Of a stretch of 64,000 nucleotides of DNA, positions 26,633 to 36,009 are shown one piece after another. The translations under genes and the position numbers were made by a program. Position 1 is the first letter of the stretch. Each line of letters starts with the position of its first letter. Under the pieces are notes generated by a model. That model saw nothing but the letters and a program-made list of their open reading frames with translations. It was not told the origin of the DNA and did not search any database. Origin of the DNA: an uncultured Hyphomicrobiales bacterium (GTDB taxonomy: Bacteria > Pseudomonadota > Alphaproteobacteria > Rhizobiales > Xanthobacteraceae); assembly GCA_903892675.1 (NCBI GenBank), contig CAITJJ010000128.1, positions 1,785-65,784 on the forward strand. The letters are read 5' to 3'.

Positions 26633-27412
26633 TTATGCCGCCGCGTGCGCGCGGTTGGTTCGCGCGTGCAATTCGCGCAGCACGTCGAGTTCTTTCGCGG
26701 TCGGCACCGGAGTTTCATCGACCGACGCGGCGAATTTTACCGGCCAGCCGGTGTTCTCCTGAATCTGCTCGCGGGTGACGCCCGGATGGATCGAGACGAC
26801 CGTCATCTCCTTGGTCTGCGCATCGGGCGCGAAGATCGCGAGATCAGTGATCAGTTTGGTCGGGCCCTTGGTCTTGACGCCGAGCTTTTGGCGCGAGTCG
26901 CCGCCGGCGACATGGCCGATTGAAGTAACGAAATCGAGCTTGTCGACGAATGAGCGCTTGCCCTGCGCCATGATGATAAAAATCTCGCCGCACGACGTCG
27001 CGATTTCCGGCGCGCCGCCGCCGCCGGGCAGGCGCACCTTTGGTTTGTCGTAAGGACCGACCACGGTCGTGTTGAGATTGGCGAACTTATCGATCTGCGC
27101 GCCGCCGAGGAAACCGACCTTGATGCGGCCGCCCTGCAGCCAATAGCGGAACATCTCCGGCACCGACACAGTGGTCAGCGCGGTGTCGCACAGCTCGCCG
27201 TCGCCGATCGACAAAGGCAGCACGGTCGGCTTGGTGGCGAGGGTGCCGGATTCATAGATCAGCGTAATGTCCGGCGCATGCGTCAGGCGCGCAAGATTGC
27301 AAGCGGCGGACGGCTGGCCGATGCCGACAAAACATATGTCGTCGTTCTTGAGCATCCGCGCAGCCGCGATGGTCATCATTTCGGTCGGCTTGTAATCGGC
27401 CATTGTCGTCAC
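26633..27412 (-). CDS. pcaJ: 3-oxoadipate CoA-transferase beta subunit (CatJ/GctB-type)
   Basis: FVGIG, LIYESG, LPLSIGDGEL, GFLGGAQID and RLPGGGGAPEIA; located in the pca operon. Start is GTG 27412 or ATG 27403. Confidence 0.88.
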   Translation of the reverse strand: MTTMADYKPTEMMTIAAARMLKNDDICFVGIGQPSAACNLARLTHAPDITLIYESGTLATKPTVLPLSIGDGELCDTALTTVSVPEMFRYWLQGGRIKVGFLGGAQIDKFANLNTTVVGPYDKPKVRLPGGGGAPEIATSCGEIFIIMAQGKRSFVDKLDFVTSIGHVAGGDSRQKLGVKTKGPTKLITDLAIFAPDAQTKEMTVVSIHPGVTREQIQENTGWPVKFAASVDETPVPTAKELDVLRELHARTNRAHAAA

Positions 27413-28269
27413 TCCGCCGCCGCTTTGTGCTTGCGCGCATATTGCGCAAAGGTGTCGGGTCCTTTGTCCAGGACGTTTGTCTTCATCCAGGCGTGGAAGC
27501 TGTCGCGGTCCTTGGCGATATCGTCCCAGGCTTTATAGAAGCTGTTGTTGCGCGGATAATAGCCCTGTGCATAGGACGGAAACGCACCGCCGGGGACTTC
27601 GACGACATGGCCGACGGTCCAGTGCGGCAGCACCACCGCGTTCAGGCTGCGTTCTGGCAGTTCATCGACGATTTCTTCGACTGTCACCACCGAACGCTTG
27701 GAGGCGAGCACCGCTTCCTTCTGCACGCCAAGCACGCCCTCGATCATCACATTGCCGGCACGGTCGGCGCGCTGGGCATGGATCACCGCGACATCCGGCC
27801 GGTGGGACGGAATGGCGGCAAGCTCCTCGCCGGTAAATGGGCAGGTGACGCGTTTGATTTTGGCGTTCACTTTGGGCAGGTCGCCGCCGATATAACCACG
27901 GAAGATCGCGCAGGGCAGGCCCGACGCGCCGGCCTCATAGGCATTGGCCATGGCGGCGTGCGAGTGCTCTTCGATCTCGAGTTTGTGCGGCCAGCCGTTT
28001 TCTACCGCATCGCGGAATCGGTGCAGCGAGCCGACGCCAGGATTGCCGCCCCAGGAGAAAACCAGCTTTTTAACACAGCCCATGCCGATCATCTGGTCGT
28101 AAACCAGATCGGGCGTCATGCGCACCAGCGTCAGGTCCTTGCGACCCTGCCGGATGATTTCGTGACAGGCGGCATGTGGAATAAGGTGGGTGAAACCTTC
28201 CAGCGCGACTGTGTCGCCGTCGTGAACGGCGCCTGCGATGGCTTCGGACAGAGTCGTAATACGCGCCAT
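27409..28269 (-). CDS. pcaI: 3-oxoadipate CoA-transferase alpha subunit (CatI/GctA-type)
   Basis: EGFTHLIP, RMTPD, FSWGGNPGVGSLHR and EEHSH. Confidence 0.9.
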   Translation of the reverse strand: MARITTLSEAIAGAVHDGDTVALEGFTHLIPHAACHEIIRQGRKDLTLVRMTPDLVYDQMIGMGCVKKLVFSWGGNPGVGSLHRFRDAVENGWPHKLEIEEHSHAAMANAYEAGASGLPCAIFRGYIGGDLPKVNAKIKRVTCPFTGEELAAIPSHRPDVAVIHAQRADRAGNVMIEGVLGVQKEAVLASKRSVVTVEEIVDELPERSLNAVVLPHWTVGHVVEVPGGAFPSYAQGYYPRNNSFYKAWDDIAKDRDSFHAWMKTNVLDKGPDTFAQYARKHKAAAE

Positions 28270-28296
28270 AAAATGAGGTTCCCGGTTGCGGCACCG

Positions 28297-28325
28297 TATT
28301 TACGGCGCGCCACCGACAGGGTCAA
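28297..28325 (-). promoter_or_regulatory. Sigma70-like promoter of pcaIJFHG
   Basis: Minus strand TTGACC-17 nt-TAAATA, ending 27 nt upstream of the pcaI ATG. Confidence 0.55.
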
Positions 28326-28369
28326 ATGGCGAAGTCGGCTCGCAGTGACAAATGTAGGGACCCCAACGA

Positions 28370-28831
28370 ATGGCCGCTATGCTGGGAACGCAACCAATAT
28401 TCCAGATTCATGCCGAACTCGCCAGCATCACCAGTCTCGGCCGGACCCCTTACGGTGAACGGCGCATCATCGACATTCTCGGCGGCACCGTGCGCGGGGC
28501 CAGGCTGAATGGCCGCGTTCTACCGGGCGGCGCCGACTGGCAGATCGTGCGCACCGATGGCGCGGCTGACATTCAGGCGCGCTACACTATTGAGACGGAT
28601 GCCGGCGCGCGTATCCTGGTGTCCAACGAAGGCTTGCGGCATGGTCCGCCCGAAGTTCTGGAAAAACTCGCACGGGGCGACAATGTCGATCCTTCGCACT
28701 ACTATTTCCGAACCGTGATGCGGTTCGAGACGTCAGACCCCTCGGTCGACTGGCTCAATCGTATTCTGGCGCTGGCACGCGGACAGCGCGAAGCCCGCGC
28801 GGTGCGGCTCGACGTTTACGAGGTATTATGA
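28370..28831 (+). CDS. DUF3237 domain protein
   Basis: G.RRII.I.GG.V.G..LNGRVLPGGADWQ, ARY.IETD.GA.I and YYFRT..RFET. Confidence 0.9.
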   Translation: MAAMLGTQPIFQIHAELASITSLGRTPYGERRIIDILGGTVRGARLNGRVLPGGADWQIVRTDGAADIQARYTIETDAGARILVSNEGLRHGPPEVLEKLARGDNVDPSHYYFRTVMRFETSDPSVDWLNRILALARGQREARAVRLDVYEVL

Positions 28832-29631
28832 TGGCGGCCGAACAGCTCAAGATAACCTTGCCGGCCTCGCTACGCGCCGAGCGGCGCGGCAAGGTCGCCA
28901 TTCTGACATTGGCGCGGCCGCACAAGCGCAACGCGCTCGACGACACCACCGTCCTCGGCATCGAGACGTTTTTCACCTCGCTGCCCGACGACATCGCCGC
29001 GGCGCTGATGCATGGCGAAGGCGATCATTTTTCCGCCGGGCTCGACCTGAGTGAATTGCAGGAGCGCGACATCCGTCAGGGCATTTCCCATTCCAGCATG
29101 TGGCATCGCGTGTTCGACAAGATCCAGTTCGGCAAGGTGCCGGTGGTTTGCGTGCTGCATGGCGCCGTGGTCGGCGGTGGGCTGGAATTGGCGGCGGCGA
29201 CGCATGTGCGGGTTGCCGAGCGTTCGACCTATTACGGCCTGCCGGAAGGCAGCCGCGGCATCTATGTCGGCGGCGGCGGTTCGGTGCGGCTGCCGCGCCT
29301 GATCGGCGTTTCCCGCATGATGGACATGATGCTGACCGGCCGCACCTATTCCGCGGAGGACGGCCAGGCCATGGGCCTGTCGACCTATCTCACCGAGCCG
29401 GGAGACGGCTTTGCCAAGGGCCTGGCGCTGGCGGAACGCATTGCCGGCAACACCGCGCTGACCAATTTCGCCATCACCCATGTGCTGCCGCGCATCGCCG
29501 AGGTCGATCCGGGCAGCGGCTACGCGGTCGAGGCGTTGATTTCGTCGATCGCACAGGCCGACTCCGAGGCGAAAAGCCGGCTCACAGCCTTTCTTGAGGG
29601 CCGCGCCGGCAAGGTGACGCGGCCGGAGTAA
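28828..29631 (+). CDS. Crotonase/enoyl-CoA hydratase, CouA-like hydroxycinnamoyl-CoA hydratase/lyase candidate
   Basis: RPHKRNAL, FSAGLDLSE, GAVVGGGLEL and LPEGSRGI; adjacent to fcs genes. Confidence 0.85.
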   Translation: MMAAEQLKITLPASLRAERRGKVAILTLARPHKRNALDDTTVLGIETFFTSLPDDIAAALMHGEGDHFSAGLDLSELQERDIRQGISHSSMWHRVFDKIQFGKVPVVCVLHGAVVGGGLELAAATHVRVAERSTYYGLPEGSRGIYVGGGGSVRLPRLIGVSRMMDMMLTGRTYSAEDGQAMGLSTYLTEPGDGFAKGLALAERIAGNTALTNFAITHVLPRIAEVDPGSGYAVEALISSIAQADSEAKSRLTAFLEGRAGKVTRPE

Positions 29632-29672
29632 GGCGCCGACGCGGCCTTGAGCCGGGCCGGCCAAGCGCTGTA

Positions 29673-29691
29673 TTGTTGTCCAGGACAACAA
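29673..29691. promoter_or_regulatory. Perfect palindrome, putative MarR (CouR-like) operator upstream of fcs
   Basis: TTGTTGTCC-A-GGACAACAA, a 9-1-9 inverted repeat about 100 bp upstream of the first fcs start. Confidence 0.6.
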
Positions 29692-29703
29692 AATTAAGTC
29701 AGG

Positions 29704-29776
29704 GCGCATGGTCCCGAAAAAGCCTGGCCCGGACTTGATCCGGGATGGTCACCAGTTTTCGGATAAGACCATGTGC
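29704..29776. repeat. Second copy of the GCGCATG...CATGCGC repeat, carrying an internal hairpin insert
   Basis: Approximately the reverse complement of 24628-24676, with extra AGCCTGGCCCGGACTTGATCCGGGA in the middle. Confidence 0.7.
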
Positions 29777-29790
29777 GAGGAAACGCTGTA

Positions 29791-31662
29791 ATGCCGGTTG
29801 CGACCGCCAAGCCCTCGCATTCCGCCGCGCCGCTGCGCCCGGTTCGGCTGGGCGCGTTCGATAGCGTGCTCGACCGGCGTGCCGACGGCACGATCTACAT
29901 GGCGGCCGCGCAGCCGCTGGGCCGCTATCACGACACGATCGGCGAGCCGCTCGACATCTGGGCCAAGGCCGCGCCTGATCGCGTGTTCCTGGCGCAGCGC
30001 GATGCACAGGATCGATGGCGAACATTGAGTTACGCGCAGACGCGCGAGGCCGTGCATCGCATCGGCGCGTCGCTGCTGCGGCGCGGCCTGTCGGCCGAAC
30101 GTCCGATCGTCATCATCTCGGGCAACAGCATCGAGCACGCGCTGCTGGCGCTGGCCGCGATGGTCGTCGGCATTCCCTATGCGCCGGTGTCGCCGGCCTA
30201 TTCGCTGATGTCGAGCGACTTCGGCAAGCTGCGCATGATCGTTGATCTGCTCACGCCCGGCCTGGTGTTCGCGGCCGATGGCGGGCCATTTGCGCGCGCG
30301 CTCTACGCCACCGTGCCGGATGATATTGAACTTGTGGTGGCGCAAAATCCGCTCGGCGACCGGCCCACGACGATGTTCGCCGATCTGACCGGCGCGGCAG
30401 ACGCCGCCGGCGTGGCCGCCGCGCAGGCGAAGGTGACGCCGGACACGATCGCCAAATTCCTGTTCACCTCCGGTTCGACCGGCGCGCCGAAAGCGGTGAT
30501 CAACACGCACCGCATGCTGTGCTCGAACCAGGCGATGATTACCTCCGGCTTTGCATTCGTGCAGGACGAGCCGCCGGTGGTGGTCGATTGGCTGCCGTGG
30601 AGCCACACCTTCGGCAGCAACCACAATTTCAATCTGGTGCTGATGAACGGCGGCTCACTTTATATCGACGACGGCAACCCGACGCCGCCCGGCGTGCCGA
30701 AAACCGCGCGAAATTTGCGCGACATCGCGCCGACGATTTATTTCAACGTACCGAAAGGCTACGAGGCGCTGGTGCCGCACTTCCGCGCCGACGAGACTTT
30801 GCGAAAGAACTTCTTCAGCCGGCTGAAGGTGCTGTTCTACGCCGGCGCCAGCCTCAACCAGACCACTTGGGATGATCTGACCGAGCTATCCGTTCAGGCC
30901 ACCGGCGAGCGCATTATTTTCCTGTCGTCGCTCGGCTCGACCGAGACCGCGCCGTCGGCGCTGGCCTGCACGTGGGATGCCGATCGTGCCGGCAATATCG
31001 GCGTGCCGTTTCCCGGTGTTGAACTCAAGCTGGCGCCGAATGAAGGCAAACTGGAAGCGCGCCTGCGCGGTCCGCTCATCACGCCCGGCTATTGGCGGCA
31101 GGAGCAACACACGCGCGACGCTTTCGACGCCGAAGGCTTCTACAAGATCGGGGACGCGCTGAAATTCGCCGACTCCAACGATCCCGGCAAAGGCCTGTTG
31201 TTCGACGGCCGAATCGCCGAAGACTTCAAATTGACATCCGGGACCTGGGTCAGCGTCGGTCCGCTGCGAGCGCGGTTTGTCGATTATTTCGCGCCTTATG
31301 TGCGCGACGTGGTGCTTGCCGGCGCCGACCGCGACGACGTCGCGGCGCTGGTATTTCCCGACATCGAGGCGTGCCGCAGACTGGCCGGGCTTGCCGCCGA
31401 CGCGCCGGCCGACGCTGTCGTCGAAGCGCCCGCGGTGCGCGCCAAATTCGCGGAATTGCTCGACGCTTTCGCCGCCGGACAAGGATCGTCGATGCGGGTT
31501 ATGCGGGTAATCCTGATGGCCGCGCCACCATCGCTCGACAAAGCGGAAATGACCGACAAGGGTTCGATCAATCAGCGCGCCGTATTGGCTAGCCGCGCCG
31601 GCCTTGCCGCGCAGCTTTACGCGCAGCCCTTGCCGGCCGCCGTGATTGCGATTTCCGAATGA
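29791..31662 (+). CDS. fcs: Feruloyl/p-coumaroyl-CoA synthetase (Fcs/CouB-like), paralog 1
   Basis: KFLFTSGSTGAPK, DWLPWSHTFG, YFNVPKG, GSTETAP, FDGRIAEDFKL and EMTDKGSINQRAVL. Confidence 0.9.
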   Translation: MPVATAKPSHSAAPLRPVRLGAFDSVLDRRADGTIYMAAAQPLGRYHDTIGEPLDIWAKAAPDRVFLAQRDAQDRWRTLSYAQTREAVHRIGASLLRRGLSAERPIVIISGNSIEHALLALAAMVVGIPYAPVSPAYSLMSSDFGKLRMIVDLLTPGLVFAADGGPFARALYATVPDDIELVVAQNPLGDRPTTMFADLTGAADAAGVAAAQAKVTPDTIAKFLFTSGSTGAPKAVINTHRMLCSNQAMITSGFAFVQDEPPVVVDWLPWSHTFGSNHNFNLVLMNGGSLYIDDGNPTPPGVPKTARNLRDIAPTIYFNVPKGYEALVPHFRADETLRKNFFSRLKVLFYAGASLNQTTWDDLTELSVQATGERIIFLSSLGSTETAPSALACTWDADRAGNIGVPFPGVELKLAPNEGKLEARLRGPLITPGYWRQEQHTRDAFDAEGFYKIGDALKFADSNDPGKGLLFDGRIAEDFKLTSGTWVSVGPLRARFVDYFAPYVRDVVLAGADRDDVAALVFPDIEACRRLAGLAADAPADAVVEAPAVRAKFAELLDAFAAGQGSSMRVMRVILMAAPPSLDKAEMTDKGSINQRAVLASRAGLAAQLYAQPLPAAVIAISE

Positions 31663-33536
31663 ACGCAAAGTCTGCACGCCCGGCCCCTAATACACTGCCG
31701 CCGCTGCGGCGCGTCGCACTCGGGCCGCAGGATGTGACGATCGAGACGCGCGCCGATGGCTGTCTGCTGCTGCGATCGCCGCAGACACTCGGAGCCTATC
31801 CGCCGAAATTTACCGATCGGCTGGTGCATTGGGCCAAGGTTACGCCCGACCGCGTCCTGTTCGCGCAACGCGACAAATCCGGCGGCTGGCGCAAGTTGAC
31901 CTACGCGCAGGCGCTGCGGCAGGCGCGCGAGATTGGCGAGGCGCTGCTCGCGCGCAATCTATCGGCTGAGCGGCCAATCGCCATCCTGTCCGGCAACGAT
32001 ATCGAACACGCACTGCTCGGGCTTGGCGCTCTATATGCAGGCATACCCTATGCGCCGATTTCGCCGGCCTACTCGCTGGTATCCAGCGATCTGGCGCGGC
32101 TGCGCTCGATCTTCGAGCTGATCACGCCGGGGCTGGTCTTCGCCGCCGATGGCACGGTCTTTGCGCGTGCGATTCAATCGGTCGTTCCGGCGGATGTCGA
32201 GGTTACGGTGGCGCGCCATCCGACGCCGGGCCGCCCGACGATTTTATTCGATGCGCTCCGCGCCACGCCAACCGGGCGAATCGACGCCGCGCATGATTCG
32301 ATCGGGCCGGACACGATCGCCAAATTTCTCTTTACCTCGGGTTCGACCGGCGTGCCGAAATGCGTCATCAACACGCAACGCATGTGGTGCGCCAACCAGG
32401 TGATGCTGCGGCAGGCGATAGCCTATCTCGCCGACGAGCCGCCGGTGATTCTCGACTGGGCGCCATGGCATCACACCGCCGGCGGCAATCACGATGTCGG
32501 TCTGGCGCTGTTCAACGGCGGCACCTTCTATATCGACGACGGCAAGCCGATGCCCGGGGCAATCGAGGAGACCGTCCGCAATCTGCGCGAGATCGCGCCG
32601 ACCTGGTATTTCAACGTGCCCAAGGGTTTTGAGGCGCTGCTGCCCTTTCTGCGCAGCGACGCGCGCTTGCGCGAGACATTTTTCAGCCGCGTGAAGATGC
32701 TGTGGTTTGCCGGCGCTGCGCTGGCGCAGCATGTATTCGAGGAAATACAGGACCTGGCGGTGCAGGCTTGCGGCGAGCGCATTCTGTTTTCGACCGGCTT
32801 CGGCTCGACCGAGACCGCGCCCTTCGCGCTGGCGCGCACCTGGCCGACCGCGGATGCGACGAATATGGGCTTGCCCGGCGCCGGCATGGAATTAAAGCTG
32901 GTGCCGAACGACGGCAAACTTGAAGCGCGGGTGCGTGGCCCCAACATCACGCCCGGCTATTGGCGGCAGCCGGACTACACGGCCGCTGCTTTCGACGATG
33001 AGGGATTCTACAAACTGGGCGACTGCTTCAAATTCGCCGACCCGGACGATCCGAAACAGGGTCTCCTGTTCGACGGCCGCATCGCCGAGAACTTCAAACT
33101 CGCCACCGGCACCTGGGTGCACGTCGGCCCGATGCGGGGGCAAATCGTCGACGCCTGCGCGCCTTATGTGCGCGACGTCGTCATTGCCGGCGAAGGCCGC
33201 GACGATGTCGCCGTGCTGGTGTTTCCCAATATCGACGCCTGCCGCGTGTTGTGCGCGGGACTGCGCGCCAACGCCGCTCCGGATATCGTACTCAATGATG
33301 CCGGCGTACATGCGCATTTCACCGCGCTGCTGGAAAAAATGGCGCGCGGCAGTACCGGCTCGTCGACCAAGGTCTGCCGCGCGCTGCTGATGACCGAGCC
33401 GCCATCGCTCGACAAGGCCGAAATGACCGACAAGGGCTCGATCAACCAGCGCGCCGTTCTTAAAAATCGCGCGGCGCTGGTCGACGAGATTTATGCCAGC
33501 GCGCCGTCGCCGCGCGTTATTAGGATCAGGGAGTAA
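31659..33536 (+). CDS. fcs: Feruloyl-CoA synthetase-like acyl-CoA ligase, paralog 2
   Basis: Same AMP-binding and Fcs signature motifs; ATGA overlap with paralog 1. Confidence 0.88.
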   Translation: MNAKSARPAPNTLPPLRRVALGPQDVTIETRADGCLLLRSPQTLGAYPPKFTDRLVHWAKVTPDRVLFAQRDKSGGWRKLTYAQALRQAREIGEALLARNLSAERPIAILSGNDIEHALLGLGALYAGIPYAPISPAYSLVSSDLARLRSIFELITPGLVFAADGTVFARAIQSVVPADVEVTVARHPTPGRPTILFDALRATPTGRIDAAHDSIGPDTIAKFLFTSGSTGVPKCVINTQRMWCANQVMLRQAIAYLADEPPVILDWAPWHHTAGGNHDVGLALFNGGTFYIDDGKPMPGAIEETVRNLREIAPTWYFNVPKGFEALLPFLRSDARLRETFFSRVKMLWFAGAALAQHVFEEIQDLAVQACGERILFSTGFGSTETAPFALARTWPTADATNMGLPGAGMELKLVPNDGKLEARVRGPNITPGYWRQPDYTAAAFDDEGFYKLGDCFKFADPDDPKQGLLFDGRIAENFKLATGTWVHVGPMRGQIVDACAPYVRDVVIAGEGRDDVAVLVFPNIDACRVLCAGLRANAAPDIVLNDAGVHAHFTALLEKMARGSTGSSTKVCRALLMTEPPSLDKAEMTDKGSINQRAVLKNRAALVDEIYASAPSPRVIRIRE

Positions 33537-33540
33537 GCTC

Positions 33541-34788
33541 GTGACCGCGGAAAGACAAAACGGCTTGGCTGCGACTTTCAGCGACGCCTGGTTGATCGAC
33601 GGCGCCCGCACGCCCTTCGCCGATTACAACGGCGCACTCGCCGCGGTGTCGCCGATCGATCTCGGCATCAAGGCGGCGCGTGCGGCCTTTGAAAAATCCG
33701 GCGCGGACCCGGAAGACGTCGGCACCGTGATCGCCGGCAACATGGCGCAGGCAAGTTTCGACGCCTACATGTTGCCACGTCATATCGGCCTCTATTCCGG
33801 CGTACCGCAGTCGACGCCGGCGCATCTGGTGCAGCGTGTTTGCGGCACCGGCATCGAGGTGCTGGCGCAGGCCGCCGACACTATCTCGCTTGCGCGCGCC
33901 GAATTGGCGCTGTGCGTCGGCACCGAAAGCATGAGCCGCAACCCGGTTGCGTCTTATACGAGCCGCGGCGGCTTCCGCATGGGCCAGGTCGAGTTCAAGG
34001 ATTTCCTTTGGGAGGCGCTGCTCGATCCGTCCTGCGGTATCGGTATGGGCGACACCGCCGAGAACCTGGCGCGGCAGTATCAGATCACGCGGCCGGAGGT
34101 CGACGCCTATGCGGCGCGCTCGTTTGCCCGCGCGGCCGAGGCGCAACAAAGCGGATTTCTTGCCGGCGAGATCGTGCCGGTTGCCACCGAGCAATTCGCC
34201 ATCGACGGGCTGATCGATCGCGGCATCCGCATCAAGGACGGGATTACCGCCGACAGCCACATTCGCGTCTCGACCGAGGCGCAACTCGCCAAAATCAGGC
34301 CGGCCTTCGGCGGCGTGCAGACCGGCGGCAATTCATCGGCCATCGTCGATGGCGCGGCGGCGATATTGGTCGGCAGCGCAGATTACGCGCGCCGGCTCGG
34401 CAAGGTACCGCTGGCGCGCATCGTTGCCAGCGCCGCCGTCGGCGTGCGGCCGGACGTCATGGGCATCGGTCCTGTTCCGGCGATCAACGCCGTGCTGCAA
34501 CGCGCCGGGCTGACGCTCGGCGACATCGGCTGCTTCGAGATCAACGAGGCCTTCGGCGCGCAGGTCGTGGCCTGTGCGCGCGAACTCGAACTTGACGAAG
34601 ACAGACTGACCGTCAATGGCGGGGCGATTGCCATCGGCCACCCGCTGGGAGCCACCGGCATCCGCCTCACCTTGACCTTGGCGCGCGAACTGAAACGCGC
34701 GAACCTGCGCTACGGCATTGCCTCGGCCTGCATCGGCGGCGGCCAGGGCATAGCCATGCTGATTGAAAATCCGGTTTACAGCGCCTGA
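33541..34788 (+). CDS. Thiolase family protein (acetyl-CoA C-acyltransferase)
   Basis: RTPF, QRVCGTG, EINEAF, GHPLGATG and CIGGGQG. GTG start after GGAG. Confidence 0.9.
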   Translation: MTAERQNGLAATFSDAWLIDGARTPFADYNGALAAVSPIDLGIKAARAAFEKSGADPEDVGTVIAGNMAQASFDAYMLPRHIGLYSGVPQSTPAHLVQRVCGTGIEVLAQAADTISLARAELALCVGTESMSRNPVASYTSRGGFRMGQVEFKDFLWEALLDPSCGIGMGDTAENLARQYQITRPEVDAYAARSFARAAEAQQSGFLAGEIVPVATEQFAIDGLIDRGIRIKDGITADSHIRVSTEAQLAKIRPAFGGVQTGGNSSAIVDGAAAILVGSADYARRLGKVPLARIVASAAVGVRPDVMGIGPVPAINAVLQRAGLTLGDIGCFEINEAFGAQVVACARELELDEDRLTVNGGAIAIGHPLGATGIRLTLTLARELKRANLRYGIASACIGGGQGIAMLIENPVYSA

Positions 34789-34814
34789 TCGCGCCAAAGA
34801 AGGAGCCCAAAACG

Positions 34815-35576
34815 ATGGAACTCAAGGGACAGGCGGCCATCGTTACCGGCGGCGCATCGGGCTTGGGTGCCGCGACCGCGCGCGCGCTGGCGGCCGCCGG
34901 CGCCAAAGTGACAGTGTTCGACATCAATGAAGCCGGCGCCGCGAGCGTCGCCAGGGATATCGGTGGGGTCGGCATTGGCTGCGATGTCGCCTCGGCCGAC
35001 GGCGCCAAGGCGGGCATCGAAAAGGCCAAGGCGGCGCACGGCGCGGCGCGCATTCTGGTCAATTGCGCCGGCGTCGGCCCGGCCAAGCGCATTGTCGGCC
35101 GCGACGGCCCGCAGCCGCTGGAGGACTTCGAGCGCGTCATCCGTATCAATCTGATCGGCACCTTCAACATGATGCGGCTGGTCGCCGCCGACATGCAAAC
35201 GGTCGAGCCCTTCGCCGACGGCGAACGCGGCGTGATCGTGTCGACCGCGTCGATCGCCGCCTTCGAGGGCCAGATCGGCCAGGCCGCCTACGCATCGTCC
35301 AAAGGCGGTGTCGCGGCGCTGACCATTCCGGCGGCGCGCGAACTCGCGCAATTCGGCATCCGTGTGCTGGCGATCGCGCCCGGCATTTTCGCCACGCCGA
35401 TGCTGACCGCGCTGCCGCAGGAGACTCAAGATTCGCTTGGCGCTTCGGTGCCATTTCCTAAACGTCTGGGACGGCCGAGCGAATACGCCGCGCTGGTGCT
35501 GCATTGCATCCATAACGGCTATCTCAATGGCGAAGTGATCCGTCTCGATGGCGCACTGCGCATGGCGCCACGGTAG
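34815..35576 (+). CDS. SDR 3-hydroxyacyl-CoA dehydrogenase (HSD10-like)
   Basis: TGGASGLG, VNCAG, ERGVIV.TASIAAFEGQIGQAAYASSKGG and NGEVIRLDGALRM. Confidence 0.9.
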   Translation: MELKGQAAIVTGGASGLGAATARALAAAGAKVTVFDINEAGAASVARDIGGVGIGCDVASADGAKAGIEKAKAAHGAARILVNCAGVGPAKRIVGRDGPQPLEDFERVIRINLIGTFNMMRLVAADMQTVEPFADGERGVIVSTASIAAFEGQIGQAAYASSKGGVAALTIPAARELAQFGIRVLAIAPGIFATPMLTALPQETQDSLGASVPFPKRLGRPSEYAALVLHCIHNGYLNGEVIRLDGALRMAPR

Positions 35577-35583
35577 TCGCAAA

Positions 35584-36000
35584 ATGGCGACGCACAGCAA
35601 TACCCGCACGGTACGGATCGAATGGGGCGACTGCGACCCGGCCGGCATCATTTTCTTTCCGAATTATTTCCGTATTTTCGATCACTCGACGGCGATGCTG
35701 TTCGAGACCGTGCTCGGCATGACCAAATTCGAGATGTTCAAGAGACTGGAATTCACCGGCTGGCCGCTGGTACGCACACAAGCGAAATTCATCAAGCCGA
35801 CGCGCTTCGGCGACGACGTCAGCGTGGTCAGCACAATAGTCTTCGGCCGGTCGAGTTTCGAGGTTGCGCACAGGCTCAGCCTTGACGGCGAGCTCTGTGC
35901 GGAATGTTCGGAAAAGCGGGTCTGGACTGTGCGCGACGCCGCCGGACGTTTGAAATCGCATCCGGTGCCGGACGCGGTGCTGGCGAAATTCACCGCCTGA
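35584..36000 (+). CDS. Hotdog acyl-CoA thioesterase (4-hydroxybenzoyl-CoA thioesterase-like)
   Basis: IEWGDCDPAGIIFFPNYF, P.RFGD and GRSSF. Confidence 0.88.
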   Translation: MATHSNTRTVRIEWGDCDPAGIIFFPNYFRIFDHSTAMLFETVLGMTKFEMFKRLEFTGWPLVRTQAKFIKPTRFGDDVSVVSTIVFGRSSFEVAHRLSLDGELCAECSEKRVWTVRDAAGRLKSHPVPDAVLAKFTA

Positions 36001-36009
36001 CCCCCAGCC

